Shown: in pieces, positions 18,673 through 27,832 of the stretch
How the letters are laid out: each line of letters starts with the position of its first letter
How positions within the stretch are numbered: the first letter of the stretch is position 1
Assembly (NCBI GenBank): GCA_041674205.1
Contig: JBAYWF010000007.1
Location: 1-62,006 of the forward strand
DNA: 62,006 nt
Direction: 5' to 3'
From: Parcubacteria group bacterium
GTDB taxonomy: Bacteria > Patescibacteriota > Minisyncoccia > Moranbacterales > UBA2206
Translations under genes and position numbers: made by a program
The notes under the pieces: generated by a model
What the model was told of the DNA's origin: nothing
The model's database searches: none
What the model saw: the letters and a program-made list of their open reading frames with translations, nothing else

Positions 18673-19452
18673 TTGCAAATGAAAGTTTTAGTCAGCCTAT
18701 ATTCCTGGGAGAGTCCCAAATTGTACGCGAGCGATTTCAAATTGGAAAAAGGAGATAAAGTTATCGTGGCGACCGAGTATGCCAATGAGATAGGCATCGT
18801 AACCGATGTCGATGTGGACACTAAGGAAGAACCTAAGGAGCGGATCCTGAGGGTCGCTACCGAAAGGGATCGGGATGTTTTTTCACAGAATGAAAAGCAG
18901 AAGCAAGATTGTTTGGAGGCGTGCCGCAGCGAGATAAAGCTGGCTAAGCTGGAAATGAAATTGATCGACGCGCGGATCAGTCTGGACGGCAAACAAATCA
19001 TTTTCGCTTTTACGGCGGACGGACGGATAGATTTCCGGGAATTGGTCAAAAACCTGTCCAGGCAATTCAAGAGGCTGATCCGTATGCAACAGATCGGATC
19101 GCGGGATGAAGCGCGGAAACTGGGAGGATATGGCATTTGCGGACGCGAACTTTGCTGCGTGAGGAATAATGGCAATATGCAAAGCATCACGACGGATATG
19201 GCAAGGGTCCAGCAGATCGCCCATCGGGGGACTGACCGGATATCGGGCTTGTGCGGCCGGTTGATGTGCTGCCTGATTTACGAGGCGCAGCAATACAAGG
19301 AAATGCTGGTGGGTATGCCGGAAGTCCATAGTACGGTGAATACCACTGAGGGAAAGGGGTTCGTGATCGAAGTGAATGCGATTACGCAGGATATAAAAGT
19401 GAAATTGGAAAGCGGGAAATATATATCAGTAAAAAAGGACGCTATAAAATAA
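18673..19452 (+). CDS. PSP1 C-terminal domain protein (YaaT/RicT-like)
   Basis: PSP1 block DGKQIIFAFTADGRIDFRELVK...IRMQQIGSRDEARKLGGYGICGRELCC. Confidence 0.8.
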   Translation: MQMKVLVSLYSWESPKLYASDFKLEKGDKVIVATEYANEIGIVTDVDVDTKEEPKERILRVATERDRDVFSQNEKQKQDCLEACRSEIKLAKLEMKLIDARISLDGKQIIFAFTADGRIDFRELVKNLSRQFKRLIRMQQIGSRDEARKLGGYGICGRELCCVRNNGNMQSITTDMARVQQIAHRGTDRISGLCGRLMCCLIYEAQQYKEMLVGMPEVHSTVNTTEGKGFVIEVNAITQDIKVKLESGKYISVKKDAIK

Positions 19453-19455
19453 ATT

Positions 19456-20208
19456 ATGTTGTATTCTATCATACCTCCGATATTGATAATCCTGAGCCTG
19501 GCCGGAATCATAGTGTTTTTTATGAAAAAGGCCTCGCAAATCGCGAACTTGGGTGATGAGGAGGATTTGGATAGGGAACGCGAGGAATCATTGGCGAAGG
19601 CCGGATTTTTCAAACGGATTTTTATCCGGTTGAAGGGCATTGGTTGGAATGACGCCAAGCATCTGTTCTTGGTGGTTTCGGAAAAAATGACCCGGCGGGC
19701 CAGGATCGTATTTCTGAAACTGGAAAGCAGGTCGCGCAATCTGAATGATTCGATCCGGAATACGAAAAACAAACATAGATTGGGCAATAGCGGTCCGCGG
19801 GATGGCGAAGTGGAAAATATCGGAAAGGATGATATAATAGATAAAGTTAAAAATTACCAGCCGGTCGGTAAGAAAAAATATTTGGCTGGTCCGGGGGCAT
19901 CCGTTTCCCAAGACGGGCTTGAAACAGACAGGGAGGAACGGATAATCAGGCCGACGGTCAGTGACCGGGTAGTTACGCCGAAAGTCCGGATGGAAATGAA
20001 AGATCGCCTGGAAGATTTGTTGATTGAAAGGATCGCGGCCAATCCGAAAGACATCGAAGCCTATGAACGGCTGGGGGAATATTATATGGAAATCGACAGT
20101 ATGAACGACGCCAAAGAATGTTTCAAACAGGTTTTGAAATTGGATCCGAAAAACCGCAATGTGAGATATCGGATGCGGAGGCTGGAAACGATGATGCACA
20201 AACGTTGA
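19456..20208 (+). CDS. membrane-anchored TPR-repeat protein
   Basis: N-terminal TM helix and a C-terminal TPR-like segment (YERLGEYYMEIDSMNDAKECFKQVLKLDPKN). Confidence 0.6.
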   Translation: MLYSIIPPILIILSLAGIIVFFMKKASQIANLGDEEDLDREREESLAKAGFFKRIFIRLKGIGWNDAKHLFLVVSEKMTRRARIVFLKLESRSRNLNDSIRNTKNKHRLGNSGPRDGEVENIGKDDIIDKVKNYQPVGKKKYLAGPGASVSQDGLETDREERIIRPTVSDRVVTPKVRMEMKDRLEDLLIERIAANPKDIEAYERLGEYYMEIDSMNDAKECFKQVLKLDPKNRNVRYRMRRLETMMHKR

Positions 20209-20241
20209 TTCTCCGGAGCCTATTTTTTGAAAACAGCATAA

Positions 20242-20313
20242 GCCGCTTTAGCTCAACGGTAGAGCAACTGTTTTGTAAACAGTAGGTTTTCGGTTCGAAT
20301 CCGAAAAGCGGCT
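20242..20313 (+). tRNA. tRNA-Thr (anticodon TGT)
   Basis: Cloverleaf folded by hand. Acceptor GCCGCTT/AAGCGGC, anticodon arm ACTGT-TTTGTAA-ACAGT, T-arm TTCGG-TTCGAAT-CCGAA. No encoded CCA. Confidence 0.85.
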
Positions 20314-20418
20314 CACGCATTGTAAATTTTAAATTTTAAATTTTAAATCCCGAACGGATTTAAGATGTATAAATTTCGAATTTTCAAATTTGAAATTTGA
20401 GCCCGCAAGGGCGTATAC

Positions 20419-20501
20419 GGGCAAGTGGTAGAGTGGTCAATTACATCAGACTGTAAATCTGACAACTTCGGTTTACGGGGGTTCGAATCCCTCCTTGCCC
20501 A
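20419..20501 (+). tRNA. tRNA-Tyr (anticodon GTA), long variable arm
   Basis: Acceptor GGGCAAG/CTTGCCC, anticodon arm TCAGA-CTGTAAA-TCTGA, long variable arm, T-arm GGGGG-TTCGAAT-CCCTC. Confidence 0.85.
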
Positions 20502-20508
20502 CCGGAAC

Positions 20509-20581
20509 GCCTGGGTAGCTCAGTTGGTAGAGCACATCCTTGGTAGGGATGAGGTCACCGGTTCAATTCCGGTCTCAGGCT
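20509..20581 (+). tRNA. tRNA-Thr (anticodon GGT)
   Basis: Acceptor GCCTGGG/CTCAGGC (one G-U pair), anticodon arm CATCC-TTGGTAG-GGATG, T-arm ACCGG-TTCAATT-CCGGT. Confidence 0.85.
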
Positions 20582-20621
20582 CAGGTCAATCAAGAACAAG
20601 ATAATTAGTAATCCAAATATT

Positions 20622-20786
20622 ATGGCGAAAAAAGGAAATGACAATCTGGCTAAAATGAAATGCGAAGTCTGCAAGACGACCAACTATTTCACGACCCGCA
20701 ACAAGAAGACGTTGAAAGAAAAGCTGGAGATGAAAAAGCATTGTCCGAAATGCAAGGTCCACACGACGCATAAGGAAGCGAAATAA
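20622..20786 (+). CDS. rpmG: 50S ribosomal protein L33
   Basis: 54-aa ORF not in the ORF track: [54 protein letters not shown]. Carries the CxxC...CxxC zinc-ribbon L33 signature. Confidence 0.85.
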   Translation: MAKKGNDNLAKMKCEVCKTTNYFTTRNKKTLKEKLEMKKHCPKCKVHTTHKEAK

Positions 20787-20931
20787 CATTGGAAATCCTA
20801 ATTTCTAATATCTGATTTCTAAACAAATCCGAATAACCAAAACCCAAATTCTTTAAAAATATTTGGATTTAGGAAATTTGAATTTTGATATTGTTTGGGA
20901 TTTGGATTTTAGAATTTAGGATTTTAATTTT

Positions 20932-21002
20932 GCGGGTGTAGTTTAGCGGTAGAACGGAGGTCTCCAAAACCTTTAGTGAGGGTTCGACTCCTTCCACCCG
21001 TG
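20932..21002 (+). tRNA. tRNA-Trp (anticodon CCA)
   Basis: Acceptor GCGGGTG/CACCCGT (G1-U72), anticodon arm GAGGT-CTCCAAA-ACCTT, T-arm GAGGG-TTCGACT-CCTTC. Confidence 0.8.
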
Positions 21003-21010
21003 CAGACATA

Positions 21011-21037
21011 AAAAGAGGCTTTATTTAGCCTTTTTTT
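21011..21037 (+). terminator. weak intrinsic terminator after the tRNA-Trp gene
   Basis: GAGGCT-ttattt-AGCCTT followed by a T7 run. Confidence 0.4.
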
Positions 21038-21108
21038 GTTTGGGGTAGAAGGAGTTAACTCTGAAATGATGATGCATTGACCTTAGGATATATTTATGCT
21101 AATCTATC

Positions 21109-21510
21109 TTGAAGTATCTTAACAACAAATTTAAACTTCTGGAGGATGGAACATTGAAGATACCACAAATAGCATATACTTTCTACAAACAATTGAATGA
21201 GGCTGCTAAGCGTGAAGATGCAAAATTATCATTAGTTAAAAAAATTAAGGAAGAGGAGGATTTGGAGAGGGCATTTTCCTATGTTTTAGTATTTGAATTT
21301 GCTCAGAGGGGTTTTCGTTTGGGGCAATGGGGAAGTCTTTCTGCGAGTCAATTTATGGGTGATAAAATAATAGCCCTTAAACTACTAGGGATAGAAGTCC
21401 CAGATATTCCCAAAGAAGTGATTACTTTCTTGGAGGTGGAGGGCGCACCTATTACAATGGAGTTGCATGAATTTCTTGAAGAGATGAAAAACTATGATTT
21501 AAGGAAGTAA
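21109..21510 (+). CDS. hypothetical protein (first island cassette)
   Basis: ORF with a TTG at 21109. A more likely start is the in-frame TTG at 21154, preceded by GGAGGA and downstream of a TTGACC-17-TAATCT promoter at 21077-21105. Confidence 0.5.
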   Translation: MKYLNNKFKLLEDGTLKIPQIAYTFYKQLNEAAKREDAKLSLVKKIKEEEDLERAFSYVLVFEFAQRGFRLGQWGSLSASQFMGDKIIALKLLGIEVPDIPKEVITFLEVEGAPITMELHEFLEEMKNYDLRK

Positions 21511-21639
21511 ATATGCCAGTGGCGAGCGAATTCATGGATTCATTTATGTTCGCTTGTCGGATGGCGGATTGGGCAAGTTTTAGTTTCGCAACATCGCGAC
21601 CGGGTAGGTTGGGTTTACATAACCCTCCTGCCCGTTTTT

Positions 21640-21769
21640 TTATTTCATCAACGCCATAGCACGCTCTAACCTCACCTCAATCCTATCCCAATTTTCCAAA
21701 ATATTGTTCCTAGTCGTATCCATAGCCCCGTGCATTCCAGAAACATCGGTCGCGAAAGCCGGTGTTTTT
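21640..21769 (-). repeat. cassette-junction module copy A (mini-ORF MHGAMDTTRNNILENWDRIEVRLERAMALMK at 21640-21735, then hairpin type a)
   Basis: Shares the conserved ~95-bp module ending CCGTGCAT (21730-21735). The hairpin ACATCGG...CCGGTGT plus T-run is identical in type to copy G. Confidence 0.8.
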
Positions 21770-21861
21770 GTTTGCCAGAAGCCTCAAGCACGCGTAAGAT
21801 GGAGGTGGGTAGGGAGATACCCACCTAGATAACCATCTCATAAAAAAACTGACAAAAACAG

Positions 21862-22038
21862 ATGGCTATTCGAAAAACGGAAGAAAAAACTGTTCGCAAA
21901 CTGGCGAAGATCGGCAAATAATCGGTCGGTGTGACATTGCCGATTGAAGAAGTGCGGGCGCTGGGGTGGCGGAAAGGTCAGAAGCTTTACATAAAAAGGA
22001 TCAAGTGCGGATTTGAGGTGAGGGATTGGAGAAAATGA
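21862..22038 (+). pseudogene. AbrB/MazE/SpoVT-family antitoxin-like gene with in-frame TAA
   Basis: MAIRKTEEKTVRKLAKIGK*SVGVTLPIEEVRALGWRKGQKLYIKRIKCGFEVRDWRK. The stop at 21919-21921 interrupts the conserved (G)xSxxVTLP swapped-hairpin motif. Confidence 0.6.
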
Positions 22039-22173
22039 AGGTACCTGACCCCTTCATCTCCCTTCATCCGTGCAAATAGTTAAGAAACGCTTGAATAAGG
22101 CGTTTTTTCCGTTTTTGCTTGCTTTTTAAATCAAAGTAAGTTTATACTAATATGAAATAATAATATCAATAAG

Positions 22174-23136
22174 ATGGCTGAATTTAATCTGGAAAAATAC
22201 ATTTCTCAGATAACCAGAAAACTTAAGAATGATATAAAAAATGAGGCAATTTTGATTGCAGTTTCTGGCGGTGTTGATTCCTCAGTTTCTGCCGCATTAT
22301 TAATTAAGGCAGGATTGAAAGTTAAATTGCTCTTTATAAACACAGGTTTTTTGCGTGATAATGAAAATAATGAAGTCCTTGATTCTTTAAAGAGGGCAAA
22401 TTTTGATGTTGAATATATGGACGCAAGCAGAAAGTTTTATTCAAGATTGAAAAATAAAACTTCTTCAAGCGAAAAGAGAGAAGAATTCAGGAAATTATAT
22501 TTTGAAATATTATCAAAATATGCGGTTAGAGATAATATAACCTATATAGCGCAAGGAACCCAATTTCATAACGGAACTGCAAAGATATATCATAATTGTC
22601 CAACTGAAAAATTTTTGAAAGAGGGATTTAAAAATATAGAGCCGGTAGCGGGATTAAAAAAGGATGAGATAAGATTGCTTGCTGAGAAATTAGGATTGCC
22701 AAGAAGTATAGCACAAAGAATATCATTTCCAGGTCCTGGACTACTGATTAGATTTGGAGGAAAATTTTCTCATGAGAAATTAAAGTTGATACGAGAAGCA
22801 ACTAGCATCGTAGAAAAATTTGTTATTGATAATTTTTCAGAGTTCAAAAATTGCTACCAAATATTTCCTTATTTAAGCTTGGATAACACTGTAACTTTTG
22901 TTGATCAAAACGGAAATGGAAGTAATGGGTTTGTTCTTTTGCTTAGAGTCATTCAGGTTGAAAAAAATGGTAAGGAATTGGCGTACAAACCTTTTTTTAT
23001 TAAACCAAAAACTCAAAATAAACTTGTTGATGAAATTATGTCTAAGTTGCCGATTTCAAGAGTTTGTTTTGATGCGACTTGTAAATATGGTTTTGGTGAT
23101 AAAGTGATGCCGGGAGGCACTATCGAATATGCCTAA
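22174..23136 (+). CDS. PP-loop ATP pyrophosphatase, GMP synthase ATP-PPase-subunit-like
   Basis: SGGVDSS PP-loop at the N-terminus. The C-terminal end (KVMPGGTIEYA) resembles the GMP synthase dimerisation tail. Codon usage is very AT-rich. Confidence 0.7.
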   Translation: MAEFNLEKYISQITRKLKNDIKNEAILIAVSGGVDSSVSAALLIKAGLKVKLLFINTGFLRDNENNEVLDSLKRANFDVEYMDASRKFYSRLKNKTSSSEKREEFRKLYFEILSKYAVRDNITYIAQGTQFHNGTAKIYHNCPTEKFLKEGFKNIEPVAGLKKDEIRLLAEKLGLPRSIAQRISFPGPGLLIRFGGKFSHEKLKLIREATSIVEKFVIDNFSEFKNCYQIFPYLSLDNTVTFVDQNGNGSNGFVLLLRVIQVEKNGKELAYKPFFIKPKTQNKLVDEIMSKLPISRVCFDATCKYGFGDKVMPGGTIEYA

Positions 23137-23140
23137 ATTT

Positions 23141-23275
23141 CTAGATTTGTTTTAACAGTGTATTTGCACGCTCTAATCTAATCTCAATCACATCCCAATT
23201 TTCCAGTATATTCTCTCGAAGCGCATACCCAAGCCCGTGCATGCTAAACAGAGCTCAGTCGAGCTCTGTTTTTGT
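23141..23275 (-). repeat. cassette-junction module copy B (mini-ORF MHGLGYALRENILENWDVIEIRLERANTLLKQI at 23141-23242, then hairpin type b)
   Basis: Conserved module ending CCGTGCAT (23237-23242). Hairpin AAACAGAGCTC-agtc-GAGCTCTGTTT plus T-run. Confidence 0.8.
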
Positions 23276-23363
23276 ATAGAGAAATGAGTCTTCGAACAAA
23301 AAATTATGGATACTTACCATATTTTGTGTTAAAATAGGCATAAATTAAAGTAAATCTAAAAAT

Positions 23364-23858
23364 ATGGAGAAGGAAGTCATTTGTAGCGATATCGAAGGAA
23401 ATGAATTTAATGTGCCAGTAAACGAATTATCTTTTCGCCCTTCTGTTTACGCTCTAATTATTGAAAACGGAAAAATCCTACTTTCAAAACAGTGGGACGG
23501 ATATGATTTTCCAGGAGGAGGAATGGATCTTGGTGAGACTATAGAAGAAGCTTTAAAAAGAGAGGCAATGGGGGAAACTGGTATTGAAGTTCATGTTGGC
23601 AAAGTCATTGCTTGTGAAAATTCATTTTTCAAATTGCCATTTTCAGGTACGCATGTCCACTCGATCCTTATGTATTTTTTATGTAAAAATATTGGAGGAA
23701 TATTAACAACAGATAACTTTACTGAGAACGAAAAGAAATATGCTGATATGCCAGAGTGGGTAGATTTGAATAATATTGTTAAAATTAAGTTTTGTAACTC
23801 GGTTGATAGCGTGAGAATTATTAAAGAAGCAATAAAATTGCAAGCAACGAAGGATTAA
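23364..23858 (+). CDS. NUDIX hydrolase
   Basis: Nudix box GGGMDLGETIEEALKREAMGETGI. Confidence 0.8.
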   Translation: MEKEVICSDIEGNEFNVPVNELSFRPSVYALIIENGKILLSKQWDGYDFPGGGMDLGETIEEALKREAMGETGIEVHVGKVIACENSFFKLPFSGTHVHSILMYFLCKNIGGILTTDNFTENEKKYADMPEWVDLNNIVKIKFCNSVDSVRIIKEAIKLQATKD

Positions 23859-23861
23859 GAT

Positions 23862-23997
23862 CTAAATTTGCTTCATCAAAGCCATCGCACGCTCCAACCT
23901 GATCCCAATCACATCCCAATTTTCCAGCATATTCTCTTGAAGCGCATACTCAAACCTGTGCAGTTTAGCAAAAAAGCGCTTGAAAAAGGCGTTTTTT
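23862..23997 (-). repeat. cassette-junction module copy C (mini-ORF with CTG in place of ATG: LHRFEYALQENMLENWDVIGIRLERAMALMKQI, then hairpin type c)
   Basis: Module ends CTGTGCAG (23958-23963). Hairpin AAAGCGCTT-gaaaaa-GGCGTTTTTT resembles the orphan junction hairpin at 22083-22112. Confidence 0.75.
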
Positions 23998-24087
23998 AGT
24001 TTTAGGGTTGACTTTTGTTTTGTGGATGCTAGATTTCTTATAGTTCTTATTCAAGCGTTTTTAATAAAAAAGCAATCCAGGAGGGAA

Positions 24088-24510
24088 ATGGATATGCCGG
24101 AAAATGACAAGTTGTCTTTAGCGAGGGAGGCGTATGCGAACATGAGAAGGGGTCTAGGAAATGAGGCTTCTCTTGAGGAGGCCTTGGACAACCTGAATGG
24201 CCCTAGGGCGGAGGGCTTAATGGAGTATCTATTGCTGATGGATGGCGGTCGCATAGTCCGTCTGGATGGCAGGCTGGTAATTTTTACCAGCGAGACCAAG
24301 GGGCGGCTGTTTCATACTTTCAGCCGTGCAGGAAGTGATCTGGTGCGGGCTACAAAAGCAGAATTGCTCAAGCAGATAAATCCCGATCTGGAAGTCGTGG
24401 TTGATCCCGGAAGCTCTCCGACAACTTCTCCGGGATCAATGATGGCTCTTTCTGAACTTCCTGCGATGAATGCTTGCATTCATCGCGCGCTTAACATCAA
24501 TCTGAGATAG
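24088..24510 (+). CDS. hypothetical protein
   Basis: The in-frame ATG at 24088 is preceded by AGGAGGG. The upstream part of ORF 23980-24510 overlaps the promoter-like region and is unlikely to be coding. Confidence 0.55.
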   Translation: MDMPENDKLSLAREAYANMRRGLGNEASLEEALDNLNGPRAEGLMEYLLLMDGGRIVRLDGRLVIFTSETKGRLFHTFSRAGSDLVRATKAELLKQINPDLEVVVDPGSSPTTSPGSMMALSELPAMNACIHRALNINLR

Positions 24511-24516
24511 GGGAGG

Positions 24517-24732
24517 ATGAGTATGAATTATCCATTATTGCTTTGTATTTCTTCTATATTATTGGCTGGGAGTGGCGGTCTGAATTTTGGCCTTGCTCCG
24601 TCAGTGGAACAGGAGGGCGGATGGATGATAGCGGCCCTTAGTGGGTTCTTTATCATCGCGGGCTTCTTCGGCATAATGCTGGCTTTCCAATCTTTGTTTA
24701 AGAAAGAAGAAGGTTTGGCGGATATTTCCTGA
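24517..24732 (+). CDS. small membrane protein (2 TM helices)
   Basis: 71-aa ORF with RBS GGGAGG 7 nt upstream. Two hydrophobic helices. Followed by a terminator. Confidence 0.55.
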   Translation: MSMNYPLLLCISSILLAGSGGLNFGLAPSVEQEGGWMIAALSGFFIIAGFFGIMLAFQSLFKKEEGLADIS

Positions 24733-24797
24733 CCTGCCCCAAGCTCGATTGCAATACGAAGGCCAGTGATTTCCAATAGGTTATCGCTGGTCTTTTT

Positions 24798-24924
24798 TTA
24801 TTGCATCAGTGCCATCGCGCGCTCCAATCTAATCCCGATTGTATCCCAATTTTCAATGATATTTGTCCGAATACTATCAAGCGTTCCGTGCATACTAAAC
24901 AGAGCTCAGTTGAGCTCTGTTTTT
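24798..24924 (-). repeat. cassette-junction module copy D (mini-ORF MHGTLDSIRTNIIENWDTIGIRLERAMALMQ at 24798-24893, then hairpin type b)
   Basis: Module ends CCGTGCAT (24888-24893). The hairpin and following promoter-like stretch are homologous to those after copy B. Confidence 0.8.
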
Positions 24925-25010
24925 ATAAAGAGAAATAAAATCTGTGGATATTTGCGATATTTGTGTTAAGCTAGGCATAATAATAAAAAAATAATTTGTA
25001 AAGAAATATT

Positions 25011-25613
25011 ATGAAAAATATTCAGGATAAACTCGATGCGTTTAAAGATATTGTTATAAAGAATATTCAAGGCAATGAAAATTTTCCATACAGGGAATGG
25101 TTTATTGATGATCACTTGATGATCGTTGAACGTATAGCCTTGGAGCTTTGCGACATTTATCCAGATGCCGATAGAAACCTGGTTGAGGCTCTTGTTTGGT
25201 TTCACGATTTTGGAAAACCAATTGACATGGGTAATGAATATGAGACAACTAAAACAAGAGGGGTTGAAGCTATGCGATCTATTGGTTTTGAGGAAAAATT
25301 TATCGAACGTGTTCTTGAACTGTGGGTAACGATGGAAAAAGAACAAGAGATTGATATTTCCAAAGAGGCTATCGAAGTACAGATTATCTGTTCAGCAGAT
25401 GGAGCTTCACATTTCACGGGGTTGTTCTATTCAAGCTATTTTCGCGATGAACGAGGCGAAAGCCTGGAATCGATTAAAAATCGGATTAGGGCGAAGATAA
25501 GAAAAGATTGGGAGAAGAAAATGGTGCTACCAGAAATAAAAAAAACATTTGAAAAACGATATATTAGAGCTTTGGAAATCGTTGGCGAATATCCGAATAA
25601 TTTTATTGTCTAA
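25011..25613 (+). CDS. HD-domain phosphohydrolase
   Basis: H...HD motif (ALVWFHDFGKP) and a downstream D (SADGASHF). Confidence 0.7.
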   Translation: MKNIQDKLDAFKDIVIKNIQGNENFPYREWFIDDHLMIVERIALELCDIYPDADRNLVEALVWFHDFGKPIDMGNEYETTKTRGVEAMRSIGFEEKFIERVLELWVTMEKEQEIDISKEAIEVQIICSADGASHFTGLFYSSYFRDERGESLESIKNRIRAKIRKDWEKKMVLPEIKKTFEKRYIRALEIVGEYPNNFIV

Positions 25614-25667
25614 AATTAATCTAATTACAAAGCTTTGAATCATATAGTGAGCAGCGCCGTGGGGTAA

Positions 25668-25790
25668 TTATATTTTCAAATCAGGAATATAGATATATCC
25701 TTTTGCATTCATAAAAATAGTTCTAACGTCCATGACTACCCCGTGCATGAAAAAATGAGGCTGAAAAAAGCCTCATTTTTGATAGGGGCA
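25668..25790 (-). repeat. cassette-junction module copy E, divergent (mini-ORF MHGVVMDVRTIFMNAKGYIYIPDLKI at 25668-25748, then hairpin type e)
   Basis: Only the CCCCGTGCAT end (25743-25748) and the first ~12 codons resemble copy A. Hairpin AATGAGGCT-gaaaaa-AGCCTCATTTTT. Confidence 0.55.
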
Positions 25791-26042
25791 AATTCATCTT
25801 CGGACACATTTCGATTTTTTTAATAAATTCATAGCATTTTTAGTGTGATGGTGATTTGTTCTTGACCAAGCGTAAAAACGTTGACATCCATTAAATCAAA
25901 TGCTAGGATTGCATATTCTTGATATATTACTAAAATAGTTCCTTGATACAAATAATTGTTATGCAAAAGGCCGCCATTGGCGGTAAACCAGGGTATGCGT
26001 TTTATAAAGCGTGCGCCCAAAACAAAAAAGGAGGTATGCATC

Positions 26043-26981
26043 ATGAAAAAAGATGTGCGCCAGCAAGAAGCTGAAGCAAAAGAAGAAATCGGACGTCGTC
26101 AGGGAGAGCAGTTGATTACAGCCCTGGAAAAGGCTGGGATAACCAAAAGACTCGGGAGCTTGATAGTGGAAAAAGAAGAGTATGCGAGATCCATTGTCCA
26201 TCTGCTTAGTTCTGGATCCCCAAAGATTTTCACAATGGACGATGAATCTTTGAGGAAAGTTTATTGGCATTGTTTCACGGGCATAAAAAGCCCGGAGGAG
26301 CAGGTTGATATTCTTTCCAAAGCATTCAAGGAGTTGGCAGACATACAGCTCAAACCTGGAAATGTTCTCGAAATGGCTGGTCGTATGTTTCCTTATTATC
26401 CCAAGCCGGCTGGTCCAGAAGGAATTCTTATTGTTCCCAAACTATCCTTCGTGATTAAGTGGGGAACTGGTGACTATTGCCTTGGATCAAAGAGGGTTCA
26501 GCGGGTAGTCGAAAGCACTCTCGACTTCTTGCAGTGGAATGTGGAGCCACAAGACAATTTTAATGAGAAGCGCGTGAGGCTTAATGAGAAAACAGAGAAG
26601 TCGCTTAAAAAGGTCGATCTGGAATTTAGTGGCGACTTGGTGGCTATACCCTTTCAGTTTGGAGCGTTACATAGAAGTTGCCCAAACTATGTTGTGGATA
26701 TGAGACTGCAGTGGGACGAATTCAAGTTGCCGACTTATGCAGGCGCTTGTGCGCTTATTACGCATCCAAATCGTCTTCAAATGAAAGGGTGTATCTCTCG
26801 TGACTCCTTGCATCTGGGATGTTCAGGGGATGAATTTTCTAGCAAGGGAGATGGGAATTTTGATGGGTATTGCTTTTACTACATAGGACCTGAAAGGGGC
26901 TATGATGCGAACCTTGGAGTCAGAATGGACGAGGTCGATAAATACCTTCCCAAGTTTGCCCCTATGACCGGATGGTGTTAA
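26043..26981 (+). CDS. hypothetical protein
   Basis: The ATG at 26043 is preceded by AAGGAGG. A TTGACA-17-TAGGAT promoter lies at about 25875-25903. Cys-rich C-terminal half. No family recognised. Confidence 0.6.
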   Translation: MKKDVRQQEAEAKEEIGRRQGEQLITALEKAGITKRLGSLIVEKEEYARSIVHLLSSGSPKIFTMDDESLRKVYWHCFTGIKSPEEQVDILSKAFKELADIQLKPGNVLEMAGRMFPYYPKPAGPEGILIVPKLSFVIKWGTGDYCLGSKRVQRVVESTLDFLQWNVEPQDNFNEKRVRLNEKTEKSLKKVDLEFSGDLVAIPFQFGALHRSCPNYVVDMRLQWDEFKLPTYAGACALITHPNRLQMKGCISRDSLHLGCSGDEFSSKGDGNFDGYCFYYIGPERGYDANLGVRMDEVDKYLPKFAPMTGWC

Positions 26982-27036
26982 GTCGTAAGTAATATTTCAA
27001 AGACAGGAGAGCCGAGGCTTTCTCTCCTGTCTTTTT

Positions 27037-27164
27037 TTATTTCATCAAAGCCATCGCTCGCTCTGATCTGATTTCAACTTTATCCAAATTCTCAAGGATA
27101 TTTGTCCGAATACTATCAAGCGTTCTGTGCATTCAAGAAGCAAGGCTTATTCGAGCCTTGCTTT
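27037..27164 (-). repeat. cassette-junction module copy F (mini-ORF MHRTLDSIRTNILENLDKVEIRSERAMALMK at 27037-27132, then hairpin type f)
   Basis: Module ends TCTGTGCAT (27127-27132). Hairpin GCAAGGCT-tattcg-AGCCTTGC plus T-run is the same type as in copy H. Confidence 0.8.
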
Positions 27165-27237
27165 TGCGTAGGGGTGGTGGGAATTAGAGCTGAATAATGA
27201 GATTGACATGGTTTCAGCAATGATATAAAATTTAAAT

Positions 27238-27621
27238 ATGAACAAGGACAATGCGACAAAACAAGAAGTAACCTTGGGTGACTTAGCAGCGATGGTGCGA
27301 GATGGTTTTGTCAATTCAGAAAAGGCGACGGACAAAAAAATCGATGACTTAGCAGCGATGGTGCGAGATGGCTTTGTCAATTCAGAAAAGGCGACGGACA
27401 AAAAAATCGATGACTTAGCGGCGATGGTACAAGAAGGTTTTTTGAGTGTGGAAAAAAGAATGGATGGTCTTGAGTCAAATATGAATGAGATTAAAACCGA
27501 TCTTTCGATTGTGAAATCCGATGTGTGCGAGGTCAAGGCTGAGCTGAATAAAAAAGTGGACAAGTTTGAACACAAAGACTTGGAATATCGTGTGGAAAAA
27601 TTAGAAAAGAAATTCGCCTAG
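27238..27621 (+). CDS. coiled-coil protein with 22-aa tandem repeats
   Basis: DLAAMVRDGFVNSEKATDKKID repeated about 2.5 times (66-bp DNA period, 27280-27440). TTGACA-17-TATAAA promoter upstream. Confidence 0.6.
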   Translation: MNKDNATKQEVTLGDLAAMVRDGFVNSEKATDKKIDDLAAMVRDGFVNSEKATDKKIDDLAAMVQEGFLSVEKRMDGLESNMNEIKTDLSIVKSDVCEVKAELNKKVDKFEHKDLEYRVEKLEKKFA

Positions 27622-27665
27622 AAATTCACGAAGTATTTAAAAAATGCGGAGGTAGTCCGCTTTTT

Positions 27666-27832
27666 TTATTTGCTCATTAAGGCTCTAGTTCGCTCCAATC
27701 TAATCCCAATCACATCCCAATTTTCCAGTATATTCTCTCGAAGCGCATACCCAATTTTTCAAAATATTGTTCCAGGTCATATCCATGACCTCGTGCATTC
27801 CAGAAACATCGGCCGCGAAAGCCGGTGTTTTT
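27666..27832 (-). repeat. cassette-junction module copy G, chimeric (B-type 3' part fused out of frame to an A-type 5' part), then hairpin type a
   Basis: 27666-27750 matches copies B/H. 27751-27798 matches copy A (ATATTGTTCC...GTGCAT). The downstream 27799-27940 is homologous to 21736-21860 but lacks the AbrB-like gene. Confidence 0.75.
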
